A DNA stretch of 52,526 bases from Planctomycetaceae bacterium (GTDB taxonomy: Bacteria > Planctomycetota > Planctomycetia > Pirellulales > UBA1268), in assembly GCA_046086245.1 (NCBI GenBank), contig JBJSXB010000253.1, forward strand, positions 1 to 52,526. The letters run 5' to 3'. Position 1 is the first letter of the stretch; each line of letters starts with the position of its first letter. Shown piece by piece: positions 27,286 through 37,088 of the stretch. The notes beneath the pieces are model-generated. The model was given only the letters and a program-made list of their open reading frames with translations. It was not told where the DNA came from and did no database searches. The translations under genes and the position numbers were made by a program.

Positions 27286-29421
27286 ATGCCCGTCCACCAC
27301 GTTCGCCCCGTGCCCCACGCCGCCCTCCTCCTCTGGTGCTCCATCGCCATGCACGCCCCCGCGCAGCCGCCGTCCGCCAACGCCCTGACCGCGCCCTGGA
27401 GTGGACCCTACGGCGGGGTGCCCCCCTTCGATCGAGTCCGAACCGCCGACTTCGAGCCGGCTCTCGACGCGGCGATGGCGGAGCAACTCGAGGCCATCGA
27501 CCGGATCACCGCGGTGGCCGCGCCGCCGACCTTCGAGAACACGATCGCGGCGCTCGAGCGGGCCGCCCGGCCGATGGAGCGGGTGCAGGCGGTCTACGGG
27601 GTGCACACCGGCTGCCTGAGCGACGATGCCCTCCGTGCCGTGGAGCGGACGATGGCGCCGAAGCTCGCCGCATTCGCCGACCGGATCGCGCAGGACGAGC
27701 GGCTGTTCGCCAGGATCGCCGCGGTCTACGAGTCGCGCGAGCGATCGGGGCTCACCCCGGAGCAACAGCGGCTCGCCTGGCTCACCTATACCGATTTCAT
27801 CCGTGCCGGCGCGCGGCTCGATGCCGCCGCGAAACGTGAGCTCTCCGCGATCAACCAGAAGCTCGCCGAACGCTCCACCCGGTTCGCGCAGAACCTGCTT
27901 GCCGACGAGACGGACCAGGCGGTGGTGCTCGACGCCGAAGCCGATACCGACGGGTTGCCGGCCGACGTCAAGGCTGCGGCGGCCGCCGCAGCGACCGCCC
28001 GGGGCGCGCCGGGGCGCTGGGCGATCCAGAACACGCGATCGAGCGTCGAGCCCTTTCTCACCTACGCCACCCGTCGCGACCTCCGCGAGAAGGTGTGGCG
28101 GATGTTCGTCGACCGGGGCGACGGCGGCGGGCCGACCGACAACAACGCCCTGATCGCCGAGATCCTCGCGTTACGGGCACGCCGCGCCCGGTTGCTCGGC
28201 TACCCCACCCATGCCCACTGGCGGGTCGAACACGCCATGGCGAAGACGCCGGAACGTGCACTCGAGTTGATGGAGGCGGTGTGGCGGCCGGCGGTCACGC
28301 GGGCCCGTGAAGAGGTGGCCGACATGCAGGCGGCCGCCGACCGCGACGGGGCGGGCATCACGATCGAGCCGTGGGACTACCGCTACTACGCCGAGAGGGT
28401 CCGCGCCGCCAAGTACGACCTCGACGAGAGCGAGATCGTCCCCTATCTGCAGCTCGAAAAGCTTCGCGAAGGGATGTTCTTCATGGCGCGGGAGCTGTTC
28501 GGCTTCGGCTTCAAACCGCTCGAGCCGGGCGCGGTACCGGTCTACCACCCCGACGTGCGCGTGTGGGAGGTGGTCGATCCCGTCGGTGGGCACGTCGGCC
28601 TCTGGTACTTCGACCCCTATGCGCGGACCGGCAAGCGCTCGGGAGCGTGGATGAGCGCCTACCGTGCCCAGGAGGCGTTCGACGGTCCGGTGACGACGAT
28701 CGTCTCCAACAACTGCAATTTCGTGAAGGGCCAGCCCGGCGAGCCGGTGCTCGTCAGCTGGGACGACGCCACGACGCTGTTCCACGAGTTCGGCCACGCG
28801 CTCCACGGTCTCTGCTCGGCGGTGAATTATCCGTCGCTCGCCGGCACCGCCGTCGCCCGCGACTACGTGGAGTTCCCGTCGCAGGTGCTCGAGCATTGGC
28901 TCTCGACGCCGGAAATCCTCGACCGCTATGCGCTCCATCACCGCACCGGCGCGCCGATCCCGCGGGCCCTGGTGGAGCGCATCGAACGTGCCAAGACGTT
29001 CAACGAGGGCTTCCGGACGGTCGAGTTTCTCGCCAGCGCGCTGATCGACATGAAACTCCACCTTGCGGGCGACACCCCGATCGACCCCGATCGCTTCGAA
29101 CGAGAGACGCTCGCGGCACTGGGCATGCCGCGCGAGATCGTGATGCGCCACCGCACCCCGCAATTTGCCCACGTCTTCGGTGGTGACGGCTATTCGGCCG
29201 CCTACTACAGCTACCTGTGGGCCGACACGCTCACCGCCGACGCCTGGGAGGCGTTCACGGAGGCGGGTGGGCCCTGGGACAAGGCGGTGGCGAAGCGGCT
29301 TCGCGATCACGTCTTCTCGGTCGGCAATACGGTCGATCCCGCCGACGGCTACCGCGCGTTCCGCGGACGCGATGCGGGCATCGGCGCCCTGATGCGCAAG
29401 CGTGGCTTCGCGAAGAACTGA
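27286..29421 (+). CDS. dcp: M3-family peptidyl-dipeptidase / oligopeptidase (Dcp-like)
   Basis: Signal peptide. Zincin motif 'TLFHEFGHALHG'. M3 C-terminal conserved 'FGGDGYSAAYYSYLWA' and 'FRGRD'. 711 aa. Confidence 0.9.
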   Translation: MPVHHVRPVPHAALLLWCSIAMHAPAQPPSANALTAPWSGPYGGVPPFDRVRTADFEPALDAAMAEQLEAIDRITAVAAPPTFENTIAALERAARPMERVQAVYGVHTGCLSDDALRAVERTMAPKLAAFADRIAQDERLFARIAAVYESRERSGLTPEQQRLAWLTYTDFIRAGARLDAAAKRELSAINQKLAERSTRFAQNLLADETDQAVVLDAEADTDGLPADVKAAAAAAATARGAPGRWAIQNTRSSVEPFLTYATRRDLREKVWRMFVDRGDGGGPTDNNALIAEILALRARRARLLGYPTHAHWRVEHAMAKTPERALELMEAVWRPAVTRAREEVADMQAAADRDGAGITIEPWDYRYYAERVRAAKYDLDESEIVPYLQLEKLREGMFFMARELFGFGFKPLEPGAVPVYHPDVRVWEVVDPVGGHVGLWYFDPYARTGKRSGAWMSAYRAQEAFDGPVTTIVSNNCNFVKGQPGEPVLVSWDDATTLFHEFGHALHGLCSAVNYPSLAGTAVARDYVEFPSQVLEHWLSTPEILDRYALHHRTGAPIPRALVERIERAKTFNEGFRTVEFLASALIDMKLHLAGDTPIDPDRFERETLAALGMPREIVMRHRTPQFAHVFGGDGYSAAYYSYLWADTLTADAWEAFTEAGGPWDKAVAKRLRDHVFSVGNTVDPADGYRAFRGRDAGIGALMRKRGFAKN

Positions 29422-29428
29422 TTTCGCT

Positions 29429-31420
29429 TCAGCCGCCGCCCAGCCAGGCACCCGCGTCGGCGTCGGAGGGCATCCGCCAGTCGCCGCGGGGCGAGAGGCT
29501 CACCGAGCCCACCTTCGGTCCGTCGGGCAGCGCCGATCGCTTGAACTGGTGCGCGAAGAAACGGCGGAGGAACGTGACCAGCGTCCGCTCCCGCACCGCG
29601 CGGGGATAGGGGCGCGAGAAATCGGCGTGATCGGACAAAAAGAGGATTTTCTCGGGGCCGAAGCCGCAGCGGACGAAGCCCCACAGGAAGAAGTCGTGGA
29701 GTTCGTAGGGGCCGAGGTAGTCCTCGGTCGCCTGGGCGATGCCGCCATCCTCCGCCCGCGGCAGCAATTCCGGCGAGATCGTCGTCGCGGCGACGTCGCG
29801 GAGCACCTGCTCGAGGGGGGTGCCGGCGTGCTCCGTGGCGGCGACGTGCTCGACGAGAAAACGGACCAGCGACTTCGGCACTCCGGCGTTGACGCCATAC
29901 ATGCTGAGGTGATCGCCGCCGTACGTGCACCACCCGAGCGCGAGTTCGGAGAGATCGCCGGTGCCGATCACGAAGCCCTGGCTCATCAGCAGCAAGGTGC
30001 GCTGCCGCGCCTGGACGTTCTCGAAGACGAGGTCATGGCGGGCGTCGGCCGGCAGCCGTGCCAGCCGGCCCTCGAACGCGGCGATGTCGAGATCGGCCGG
30101 GTCGATCCCGAACGGCCGATGGCCGAGGCTGCGGAAGGTTGCCAGACAGAGCGGCCGAATGTCGATTTCCGAGGCGGTCACCCCGAGGGCGGCCATCAGC
30201 TTTCGGGCATTGCCGCTGGTGCGGGCGGTGGTGCCGAAGCCGGGAAGGGCGAGACCGTGGATGCCGGCAGGCGGCCGACCGGCGGCGGCGAACGTCTTCG
30301 CGGCGACGAGGAGGGCGAGCGTCGAATCGAGCCCACCCGAGACACCCAGGTGCACCGCCGGCCAGCCGAGATGCTCGAGCCTCCGCGCGAGCCCGGCGCA
30401 TTGGATGCCGAACACCTCGGCACAGCGCGCGGCGAGCGTGGCCGGTTCCCGGGGCACGAATGGCCGCCCGTCGACCGGTCGCTCGAGCCCCGCGAGATCG
30501 GCGGCCGGCGCCGCCAGCGCGACGGTGCGGAACCGACGTGACGCGGTCCGCGCCGCCTCGCCGAAGCTCGATATGGAGCGTCGCTCGGTGTCGAGGCGCT
30601 CGAGATCCACGTCAACGCGCACGTGCCAGCCGCCGCGCGCGGGAGTGTCGGCCAGACCGACGCGGGGGCTCTCGACGAGGATCCGTCCATTCTCGGCGAC
30701 CAGGCAGTGACCGCCGAAGACGAGATCGGTCGTCGACTCGTCGGGTCCGGCCGCCGCGTAGGCATATGCGGCGACGCAGCGCGCCGACTGGTTGGCCACG
30801 AGGGCACGCCGGTAGTCGTGTTTGGCGACGGTCTCGTTGGAGGCGGAAAGATTGAGCAGCACGTTGGCGCCCGCGAGGGCGGCGTGGCTGCTCGGCGGGA
30901 TCGGCAGCCAGAGGTCCTCGCAGATCTCCAGCGCGATCGCCATCGGCCCCGCCGTGAACACCAGGTCGGTGCCGAACGGCACTCGCTGCCCCGCGAGAAT
31001 GATCTCCGCCGGCATGGCTTCGCCAGCGCCGCGAAACCAGCGCGACTCGTAGAACTCACCGTAGGTCGGGATCGCGGTCTTGGGCACGACGCCGCGGACG
31101 GCGCCCGCCTGGAGCAGGACGGCGGCATTGAACCGTTCCGGACCCACTGCCAGCGGCATGCCGACCACCACGATGTGCGCCGTCCCCCTCGTCGCCGCGC
31201 AGACCGTGAGCAGTGCATCGAGGGCGGCGTCGAGCAGGCGCTGGTGGCGAAACAGGTCCCCGCAGGTGTAGCCGGTCAGGCACAGTTCGGGAAACACCAC
31301 GACGTCGGCGTCGCCCACCTGCCGCACCTGCGACACGATCGCCGTCGCGTTCCGCGCCGGATCGGCGACGTGCACCGGCGGCGAGCAAACGGCGATACGA
31401 TGGAATCCGTGGCGCGGCAT
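29429..31420 (-). CDS. nadE: Glutamine-dependent NAD+ synthetase (long form, nitrilase + synthetase domains)
   Basis: N-terminal CN-hydrolase domain ('VVFPELCLTGY', 'ICEDLW'). C-terminal N-type ATP-PPase 'GVSGGLDSTLALLV'. Start at ATG 31420 (MPRHGFHRIAV). Confidence 0.9.
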   Translation of the reverse strand: MPRHGFHRIAVCSPPVHVADPARNATAIVSQVRQVGDADVVVFPELCLTGYTCGDLFRHQRLLDAALDALLTVCAATRGTAHIVVVGMPLAVGPERFNAAVLLQAGAVRGVVPKTAIPTYGEFYESRWFRGAGEAMPAEIILAGQRVPFGTDLVFTAGPMAIALEICEDLWLPIPPSSHAALAGANVLLNLSASNETVAKHDYRRALVANQSARCVAAYAYAAAGPDESTTDLVFGGHCLVAENGRILVESPRVGLADTPARGGWHVRVDVDLERLDTERRSISSFGEAARTASRRFRTVALAAPAADLAGLERPVDGRPFVPREPATLAARCAEVFGIQCAGLARRLEHLGWPAVHLGVSGGLDSTLALLVAAKTFAAAGRPPAGIHGLALPGFGTTARTSGNARKLMAALGVTASEIDIRPLCLATFRSLGHRPFGIDPADLDIAAFEGRLARLPADARHDLVFENVQARQRTLLLMSQGFVIGTGDLSELALGWCTYGGDHLSMYGVNAGVPKSLVRFLVEHVAATEHAGTPLEQVLRDVAATTISPELLPRAEDGGIAQATEDYLGPYELHDFFLWGFVRCGFGPEKILFLSDHADFSRPYPRAVRERTLVTFLRRFFAHQFKRSALPDGPKVGSVSLSPRGDWRMPSDADAGAWLGGG

Positions 31421-31773
31421 CGGTCGGGCTCGAAGCGGACGAGTGGGAACGCGATCGGCGTGGGGACGACGGACACCCAGTATGGCATGGGCTCCACCGT
31501 CTCGGGGGGCGGGAACGGTCGTCGCTTCACGGCGATCAGGCAGTCGTCGTGCCGGCGAACAGGCCAGGGCACCCATGACGGGGCATGAGTTGGCACATCA
31601 CTCGAGACGTGATGACGACGGACGGAAGCCCCGAACCACACAGGTTTTCTCTCTGATGGAGAAACCGACTGCGATCAATTCATTGGCGATGACACCGCTT
31701 GTCTGGAGCCTGAAGACCGCATCCCTGAAGAGTGGCCCACCGCAACGAGGGTTCGACACCGCAAGCGAAGAAG

Positions 31774-31845
31774 AGGCTCCGGTCGGAGTCGAACCGACGA
31801 TGGCGGATTTGCAATCCGCTGCCTTAGCCACTTGGCTACGGAGCC
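31774..31845 (-). tRNA. tRNA-Cys (anticodon GCA)
   Basis: The reverse complement folds as a cloverleaf. Acceptor GGCTCCG/CGGAGCC. Anticodon stem GCGGA/TCCGC with loop TTGCAAA. T-arm GTCGG-TTCGACT-CCGAC. Discriminator T. CCA is not encoded. Confidence 0.9.
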
Positions 31846-32190
31846 TTCGCGGGGCCGAACGCCCCACCAGCGACACGCTACGGCAATCCGGGAGGATTGG
31901 TCAAGCAATGACGACCGTGGCGATCGACCCTGTGGATCCGGTGAAACCGGTCCCGACGGAGGAATCGGCAGCAGGCCGGGCGGATCTTCAACCGGTTCCC
32001 CGGCGTGCGACGGTTTGGTGAACGCCCCTGCCGGCTCGCGGGCCCGAGGCGGGCCGAGCCGGCCGGCGGACCGACGGGCGAGCGAGCCTGCCGCCGGTTT
32101 GGCAGGGGCGCGGCGGCACCGATATAGTCGCCGCGGTCAACGCGTCCGCCGTTCAGGCATGGTGGACCACACCCCGCGGAGAACCCCCCG

Positions 32191-33657
32191 ATGAGTCCCC
32201 AGGCATCCTGCGACTTCGGTCTCATCGGCCTGGCGGTGATGGGGGAAAACCTGGCGCTCAACGTCGCCAGCCGTGGCTTTTCGATCGCCGTCTACAACCG
32301 CACCGCCAGTGTCACCGACGCGTTTACGGCGGGGCGTGGCCGGCAGCCACACGTCGTCGGGTGCCACACGCTCGAGCAGCTCGTCGCGGCGCTCAGGCCA
32401 CCGCGCAAGGTGATGATGATGGTGAAGGCGGGACCGGCGGTGGACGAATTGATCCGCACACTCACCCCCCTGCTCTCCCCCGGCGACATCCTCATCGATG
32501 GCGGCAACACCTACCCCGCCGATACCGAGCGGCGCACACGGGAGGTCGAGACGACCGGGTTGCTCTACGTGGGCACCGGTGTCTCCGGGGGCGAGGAGGG
32601 AGCCCTCAAGGGGCCGAGCCTGATGCCATCGGGATCCGCCGCGGCATGGCCGGCGATCCGGCCGATCTTCCAGGCGATCGCCGCCAAGGTGGGGCCGGCC
32701 GGCGACATTCCCTGCTGCGACTGGATCGGTCCACGGGGTGCCGGCCATTACGTAAAGATGGTCCACAACGGGATCGAATATGGCGACATGCAGTTGATCT
32801 GCGAGGCGTATGCGCTCCTGACGCACGTCGGTGGCTTGTCGAACGACGAGCTCGCCGCGGTATTCGCCGAGTGGAACAAAGGAGACCTCGACAGCTATCT
32901 GATCGAGATCACCCGGGACATCCTCACCGTCAAGGACCCCGACAGCGGTGACTTCATCGTCGACCGCATCCTCGATGCCGCCGGTGCCAAAGGGACCGGC
33001 AAGTGGATGAGCCAGCTGGCCCTCGACCTCGGCGTGCCCAGTACCCTCGTCACCGAGGCGGTGTACGCCCGCTGCCTGTCGGCGATGAAGGCCGCCCGCG
33101 TCCGGGCGGCCGGCGTGCTCGTCGGTCCGGCCGCCGTCGCGGGGGGCGGCGGTGAGCGCGCCACGTTCGTCGAGAACGTCCGGCAGGCGCTCTACGCCTC
33201 GAAGATCGCCAGCTACGCGCAGGGCTTCGTCCAACTTGCCGCCGCGGCCAGGGAATACGATTGGCCGCTCGACTACCGCTCGATCGCGATGTTGTGGCGC
33301 GGGGGCTGCATCATCCGGGCGCGGTTCTTGGAGAGAATCGCCGAGGCGTTCGCGGCCGAACCGACCATCGAGAACCTGATGGTAACGCCCTATTTCCGCG
33401 AGGCGCTCGCCCGGGCCCAGTCGGGGTGGCGGCAGGTGGTGACGACCGCCGCGACGCACGGGGTGCCGGTGCCGGCGTTCATGGCGGCGCTCGCCTACTA
33501 CGATGGCTATCGCAGCGCCCGGTTGCCGGCGAATCTACTCCAGGCCCAGCGCGACTATTTCGGCGCCCACACCTACCAGCGCGTCGATCGGCCCGGCACG
33601 TTTCACACCGAATGGCTCGATCTCCGCCGAGCGGTGCCCACCTCGGGAAAGGGATGA
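32191..33657 (+). CDS. gnd: 6-phosphogluconate dehydrogenase (decarboxylating)
   Basis: 'GLIGLAVMGENLALN', 'GGNTYPADTERR', 'GAGHYVKMVHNGIEYGDMQLI', 'QRDYFGAHTY'. Confidence 0.95.
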   Translation: MSPQASCDFGLIGLAVMGENLALNVASRGFSIAVYNRTASVTDAFTAGRGRQPHVVGCHTLEQLVAALRPPRKVMMMVKAGPAVDELIRTLTPLLSPGDILIDGGNTYPADTERRTREVETTGLLYVGTGVSGGEEGALKGPSLMPSGSAAAWPAIRPIFQAIAAKVGPAGDIPCCDWIGPRGAGHYVKMVHNGIEYGDMQLICEAYALLTHVGGLSNDELAAVFAEWNKGDLDSYLIEITRDILTVKDPDSGDFIVDRILDAAGAKGTGKWMSQLALDLGVPSTLVTEAVYARCLSAMKAARVRAAGVLVGPAAVAGGGGERATFVENVRQALYASKIASYAQGFVQLAAAAREYDWPLDYRSIAMLWRGGCIIRARFLERIAEAFAAEPTIENLMVTPYFREALARAQSGWRQVVTTAATHGVPVPAFMAALAYYDGYRSARLPANLLQAQRDYFGAHTYQRVDRPGTFHTEWLDLRRAVPTSGKG

Positions 33658-34437
33658 ATGAGCGGGTATCTCGACAGGCTGTTCGGACTCGCGGGACGCA
33701 CCGCGGTGGTCGTCGGTGGCACCGGGGTGCTGGGGGGGGCGTTGGCCGAGGGCCTCGCCGCGGCGGGAGCCTTCGTCGTCGTGGCCGGCCGGGGGGCCGA
33801 CCGCGGCGCGGCGCGTGTCGATGCGATCCGCGCGGCCGGTGGGCGGGCCACGTTCCTGCCGGTCGAGGCGACCGAGCGTGCCAGTGTCACGGCGTTGCTG
33901 GCGGCGACGCTCGCCGAGACGGGCCGTGTCGACATCCTCGTCAACTGTGCCGGGGTCAACTCCGCGGTCCCGTATTTCGAGATCCCTGACGACGATTATG
34001 ACCGGGTCCTCGACACCAATCTGAAGAGCACCCACATCGGCTGCCAGGTGTTCGGGGCCCAGATGGCGGCCGGTGGCGGCGGTGCGATTCTCAACATCGG
34101 CAGCGTCTCCGCGGACAAGCCGCTGTCGAAGGTGTTCATCTATTCGGCGTCGAAGGCCGCGGTGGTCAACTACACCCGCAACGTTGCCCGCGAGCTCGCC
34201 CCCAGGGGCGTGCGCGTCAACGTGCTATGCCCCGGATTCTTCCCCGCCGAGCAGAACCGCAGGATCCTCTCACCGGAGCGCACCGCCGCGATCATGGGCC
34301 AGACGCCGATGAACCGCTTCGGCTCCCCCGCGGAGCTTGTCGGTGCCGCGCTGCTGCTGTGCGCACCGGAGGCGGGAAGTTTCATCACCGGCGCGGCGCT
34401 GTACGTCGATGGCGGCTTCACCGGCATGCGTCTCTGA
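33658..34437 (+). CDS. Short-chain dehydrogenase/reductase (SDR)
   Basis: 'VVGGTGVLGGALA' (TGxxxGxG), 'NCAG', catalytic 'YSASKAAV', 'GVRVNVLCPG'. The start is adjacent to the gnd stop (ATGAATG). Confidence 0.85.
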   Translation: MSGYLDRLFGLAGRTAVVVGGTGVLGGALAEGLAAAGAFVVVAGRGADRGAARVDAIRAAGGRATFLPVEATERASVTALLAATLAETGRVDILVNCAGVNSAVPYFEIPDDDYDRVLDTNLKSTHIGCQVFGAQMAAGGGGAILNIGSVSADKPLSKVFIYSASKAAVVNYTRNVARELAPRGVRVNVLCPGFFPAEQNRRILSPERTAAIMGQTPMNRFGSPAELVGAALLLCAPEAGSFITGAALYVDGGFTGMRL

Positions 34438-34476
34438 CCGACCTTCGACCGAGGCCGGCCGCCGAGCCGGGCGCGC

Positions 34477-35931
34477 ATGTCGCACACGATCGTCATCTTC
34501 GGCGCGTCCGGCGATCTCACCGCCCGCAAGCTCGTCCCCGCCCTCTACCGGCTTGCCCGGTCGGGGGATCTGCCCCCCGCGACGCGCATCGTCGGCTTCT
34601 CGCGCTCCCCCATGACCGACGAAGCGTGGCGCGTCGCACTCCTCGAGTCGACGCGACGCCATGCCGACGACTTCGACGTCGCCGCGTGGCACTCGTTCGC
34701 GACGTCGATCCACTACCACCAGGGGGACGTGGCCAGCCGCGACGATTTGGTGCGGCTCAAACAGCGACTCGAGGAGTTGGAACTCGGCGTGGACGCGACG
34801 CGCGTTTATTACCTCGCGACCGCGCCGCAGCTGTACGAGCCGGTGGTCGGCGTGCTCGGGGCCCTGGGGATGGCGGCCGAAACCCGCGGAGCGCGGCGGA
34901 TCGTCGTCGAAAAACCGTTCGGAACCGATCTCGTCAGCGCGCGGCAGCTCAACGCGCGGCTCCATGCGGTGTTCGCGGAGAGTCAGGTTTATCGCATCGA
35001 CCACTATCTCGGGAAGGAGTCGGTGCAGAACATCCTCGCGCTGCGGTTCGCGAACACCATCTTCGAGCCGGTGTGGAACCGACGCTACGTCGATCACGTG
35101 CAGATCACGGTCGCCGAGGAGGTGCCGATCGGTCGCCGCGGCGGCTACTACGACTCGGCCGGCATCCTCCGTGACATGTTTCAGAACCACCTTCTCCAGC
35201 TGTTGATGGTGACGGCGATGGAGGCTCCGGTGCGGTTTCACGCCACCGCCGTCCGCGACGAGAAGGTGAAGGTGCTCGAGGCGATCCGGCCGCTCGAACT
35301 CGCCGAAGTGGCCGCGGCCGGGGTGCGCGGCCAGTACGACGGCTATCTGGCCGAGCCGGGCGTGGCGGCGGGCAGCCGCACCGCCACGTTCGGCGCACTG
35401 CGGCTGGAGATCGACAACTGGCGTTGGCAGGGAGTGCCGTTCTACCTGCGGAGCGGCAAATGCATGTCGTGCCGGACGACACAGATCGTCATCGGCTTCC
35501 GTCAACCGCCGCTGGAGTTGTTCGCACCGGCTCCGCGGCGGGTCCCCCGCGAGGCCAACCGCCTGGTGATCCAGATCCAGCCCGCGGAAGGCATTCAACT
35601 CCATTTCCACACCAAGGTGCCGGGCGAGGGCATGTTGCTGCGACTCACCGACCTGGCATTCAGTTATTCACGGGAATTCGCCGGCCGTCTGCCCGAGGCC
35701 TACGAACCGCTGCTGCTCGACGTCCTCACCGGCGACGCGAGCCTGTTCGCCCGCGCCGACGAGGTGGAGAAGTCGTGGGAGATCATCGACCCGTTCGTCC
35801 GCGCCTGGAATTCGGTCGACATGCCCCCGATCGACCGCTACGAGCGGGGCCAGTGGGGGCCGCAGGCGAGCGTCGACTGGATGGCGGCCCAGGGGCGGAC
35901 CTGGTTCGACCTCTGCCCGGTGCTCACGTGA
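34477..35931 (+). CDS. zwf: Glucose-6-phosphate 1-dehydrogenase
   Basis: 'IFGASGDLTARKL' and the active-site motif 'RIDHYLGKE'. 484 aa. Confidence 0.95.
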   Translation: MSHTIVIFGASGDLTARKLVPALYRLARSGDLPPATRIVGFSRSPMTDEAWRVALLESTRRHADDFDVAAWHSFATSIHYHQGDVASRDDLVRLKQRLEELELGVDATRVYYLATAPQLYEPVVGVLGALGMAAETRGARRIVVEKPFGTDLVSARQLNARLHAVFAESQVYRIDHYLGKESVQNILALRFANTIFEPVWNRRYVDHVQITVAEEVPIGRRGGYYDSAGILRDMFQNHLLQLLMVTAMEAPVRFHATAVRDEKVKVLEAIRPLELAEVAAAGVRGQYDGYLAEPGVAAGSRTATFGALRLEIDNWRWQGVPFYLRSGKCMSCRTTQIVIGFRQPPLELFAPAPRRVPREANRLVIQIQPAEGIQLHFHTKVPGEGMLLRLTDLAFSYSREFAGRLPEAYEPLLLDVLTGDASLFARADEVEKSWEIIDPFVRAWNSVDMPPIDRYERGQWGPQASVDWMAAQGRTWFDLCPVLT

Positions 35932-37052
35932 GCGATTCTTCGAACCGAGGCGGCGTGGCGAGCGCCGGAGAGCGGCCCGTGGTGGCACCCGCCATCGGGC
36001 CGGTGAGACTCGGCTCGCCGCTCCTCCAGGCCGCCCTCTCCGGATACAGCGACCGGGCCATGCGCCTGCTGGCCCGCCGCCATGGGGCGGCGTACGCGTT
36101 GTGCGAGGTGCTCCTCGACCAGTTCGTCCTCATCGCGGGGCGGCATCCGCGCAACAAGGCCCGCCTTGCGGTGTCCGACGAGGAGCATCCGGTCGGCGGC
36201 CAGTTGATGGGAGCCGACCCGGAGCAATTCGCCCCGGCGGCGCGGCGGTTGGTCGAGGCGGGATTCGACGTGATCGACGTCAACTTCGGCTGCCCGGTGA
36301 AGAAGGTGTTGGGCCGCTGCCGCGGCGGTTATCTCCTCGGCGTGCCGGAGACCGCGCTCGATATCGTCGCCCGGGTCCGCGACGCGGTGCCGCCGTCGGT
36401 CCCGGTGACGCTGAAGATGCGCCGCGGCATCGACGACTCGTCCGAAAGCGTCGATCGCTTCTGGCAGATCTTCGACGGCGCCTTCGACCGCGGGGTCGCG
36501 GCGATCACCGTCCACGGCCGGACGGTCCGCCAAAAGTACGTCGGCCCGAGTGATTGGTCGTTTCTCGCGCGCGTGAAGCGGCACGCCGGCACCCGCGTCG
36601 TGTTCGGTTCGGGCGATCTGTTCTCGGCCACGGCCTGCGTGGCCATGCTCGCCACCACCGGCGTCGATGGCGTGAGCATCGCGCGGGGCGCGATCGGCAA
36701 CCCGTGGATCTTCGCCCAAACGGCCGCGCTGCTCGCCGGCGGACCTCCCCTGCCCCCGCCGACGGTCCTCCAGCAGGCCGACGTGCTGCGGGAGCATTGG
36801 GCGCTCGCGGTCGATCTCCATGGCGAGCAGCTCGCCGGCCGGTCGATGCGAAAGTTCGCCATCAAGTACGCCCGGCTCCATCCGCACTCCCTCCCGGTGC
36901 GCGACGCGTTCGTGGCGGTGAAGGTCAACGCCGATTGGGAGCGGGTGCTGGAACGTTTCTACGCGGTCGACGGCCCCGGGCGCGATCCGTCGGCCGAGAT
37001 CGACGAGACGGCCGCGTGCGGCGAAGATGCCGACGATCCGTCCACGGTCTGA
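35928..37052 (+). CDS. tRNA-dihydrouridine synthase (Dus family), copy 1
   Basis: GTG start overlaps the zwf stop (GTGA). 'DVIDVNFGCPVKKV' (catalytic Cys), 'PVTLKMRRG', 'ITVHGRT', 'GVSIARGAIGNPWIF'. The upstream part of the 35424 ORF is an out-of-frame overlap with zwf. Confidence 0.85.
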   Translation: MSDSSNRGGVASAGERPVVAPAIGPVRLGSPLLQAALSGYSDRAMRLLARRHGAAYALCEVLLDQFVLIAGRHPRNKARLAVSDEEHPVGGQLMGADPEQFAPAARRLVEAGFDVIDVNFGCPVKKVLGRCRGGYLLGVPETALDIVARVRDAVPPSVPVTLKMRRGIDDSSESVDRFWQIFDGAFDRGVAAITVHGRTVRQKYVGPSDWSFLARVKRHAGTRVVFGSGDLFSATACVAMLATTGVDGVSIARGAIGNPWIFAQTAALLAGGPPLPPPTVLQQADVLREHWALAVDLHGEQLAGRSMRKFAIKYARLHPHSLPVRDAFVAVKVNADWERVLERFYAVDGPGRDPSAEIDETAACGEDADDPSTV

Positions 37053-37088
37053 ACGGCGCCGTTCCCGGTCCGCGGCGTGCGGCACGTG

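Noticed and set aside
24431-27388. 985-aa plus-strand ORF running through the DUF1501 and MFS genes
   Set aside because: It is out of frame with two well-supported genes, and the product is Arg/Pro/Ala-rich with no domains. The same reasoning excludes 7187..9334(-), 8481..10118(-), 46445..48307(-), 42259..43737(-), 19816..20967(+) and the other R/P/G/A-rich ORFs in the track.
31650-31668. Hammerhead-like CTGATGGAGAAAC
   Set aside because: There is no stem II between the CUGAUGA-like and GAAA elements, and no flanking helices I/III. Chance resemblance.
31745-31765. GGTTCGA T-loop-like string next to tRNA-Cys, considered as a possible second tRNA or tRNA fragment/att site
   Set aside because: The flanking bases cannot form a T-stem and there is no acceptor or anticodon arm. 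No integrase or direct repeat of the tRNA 3' end is visible in the window.
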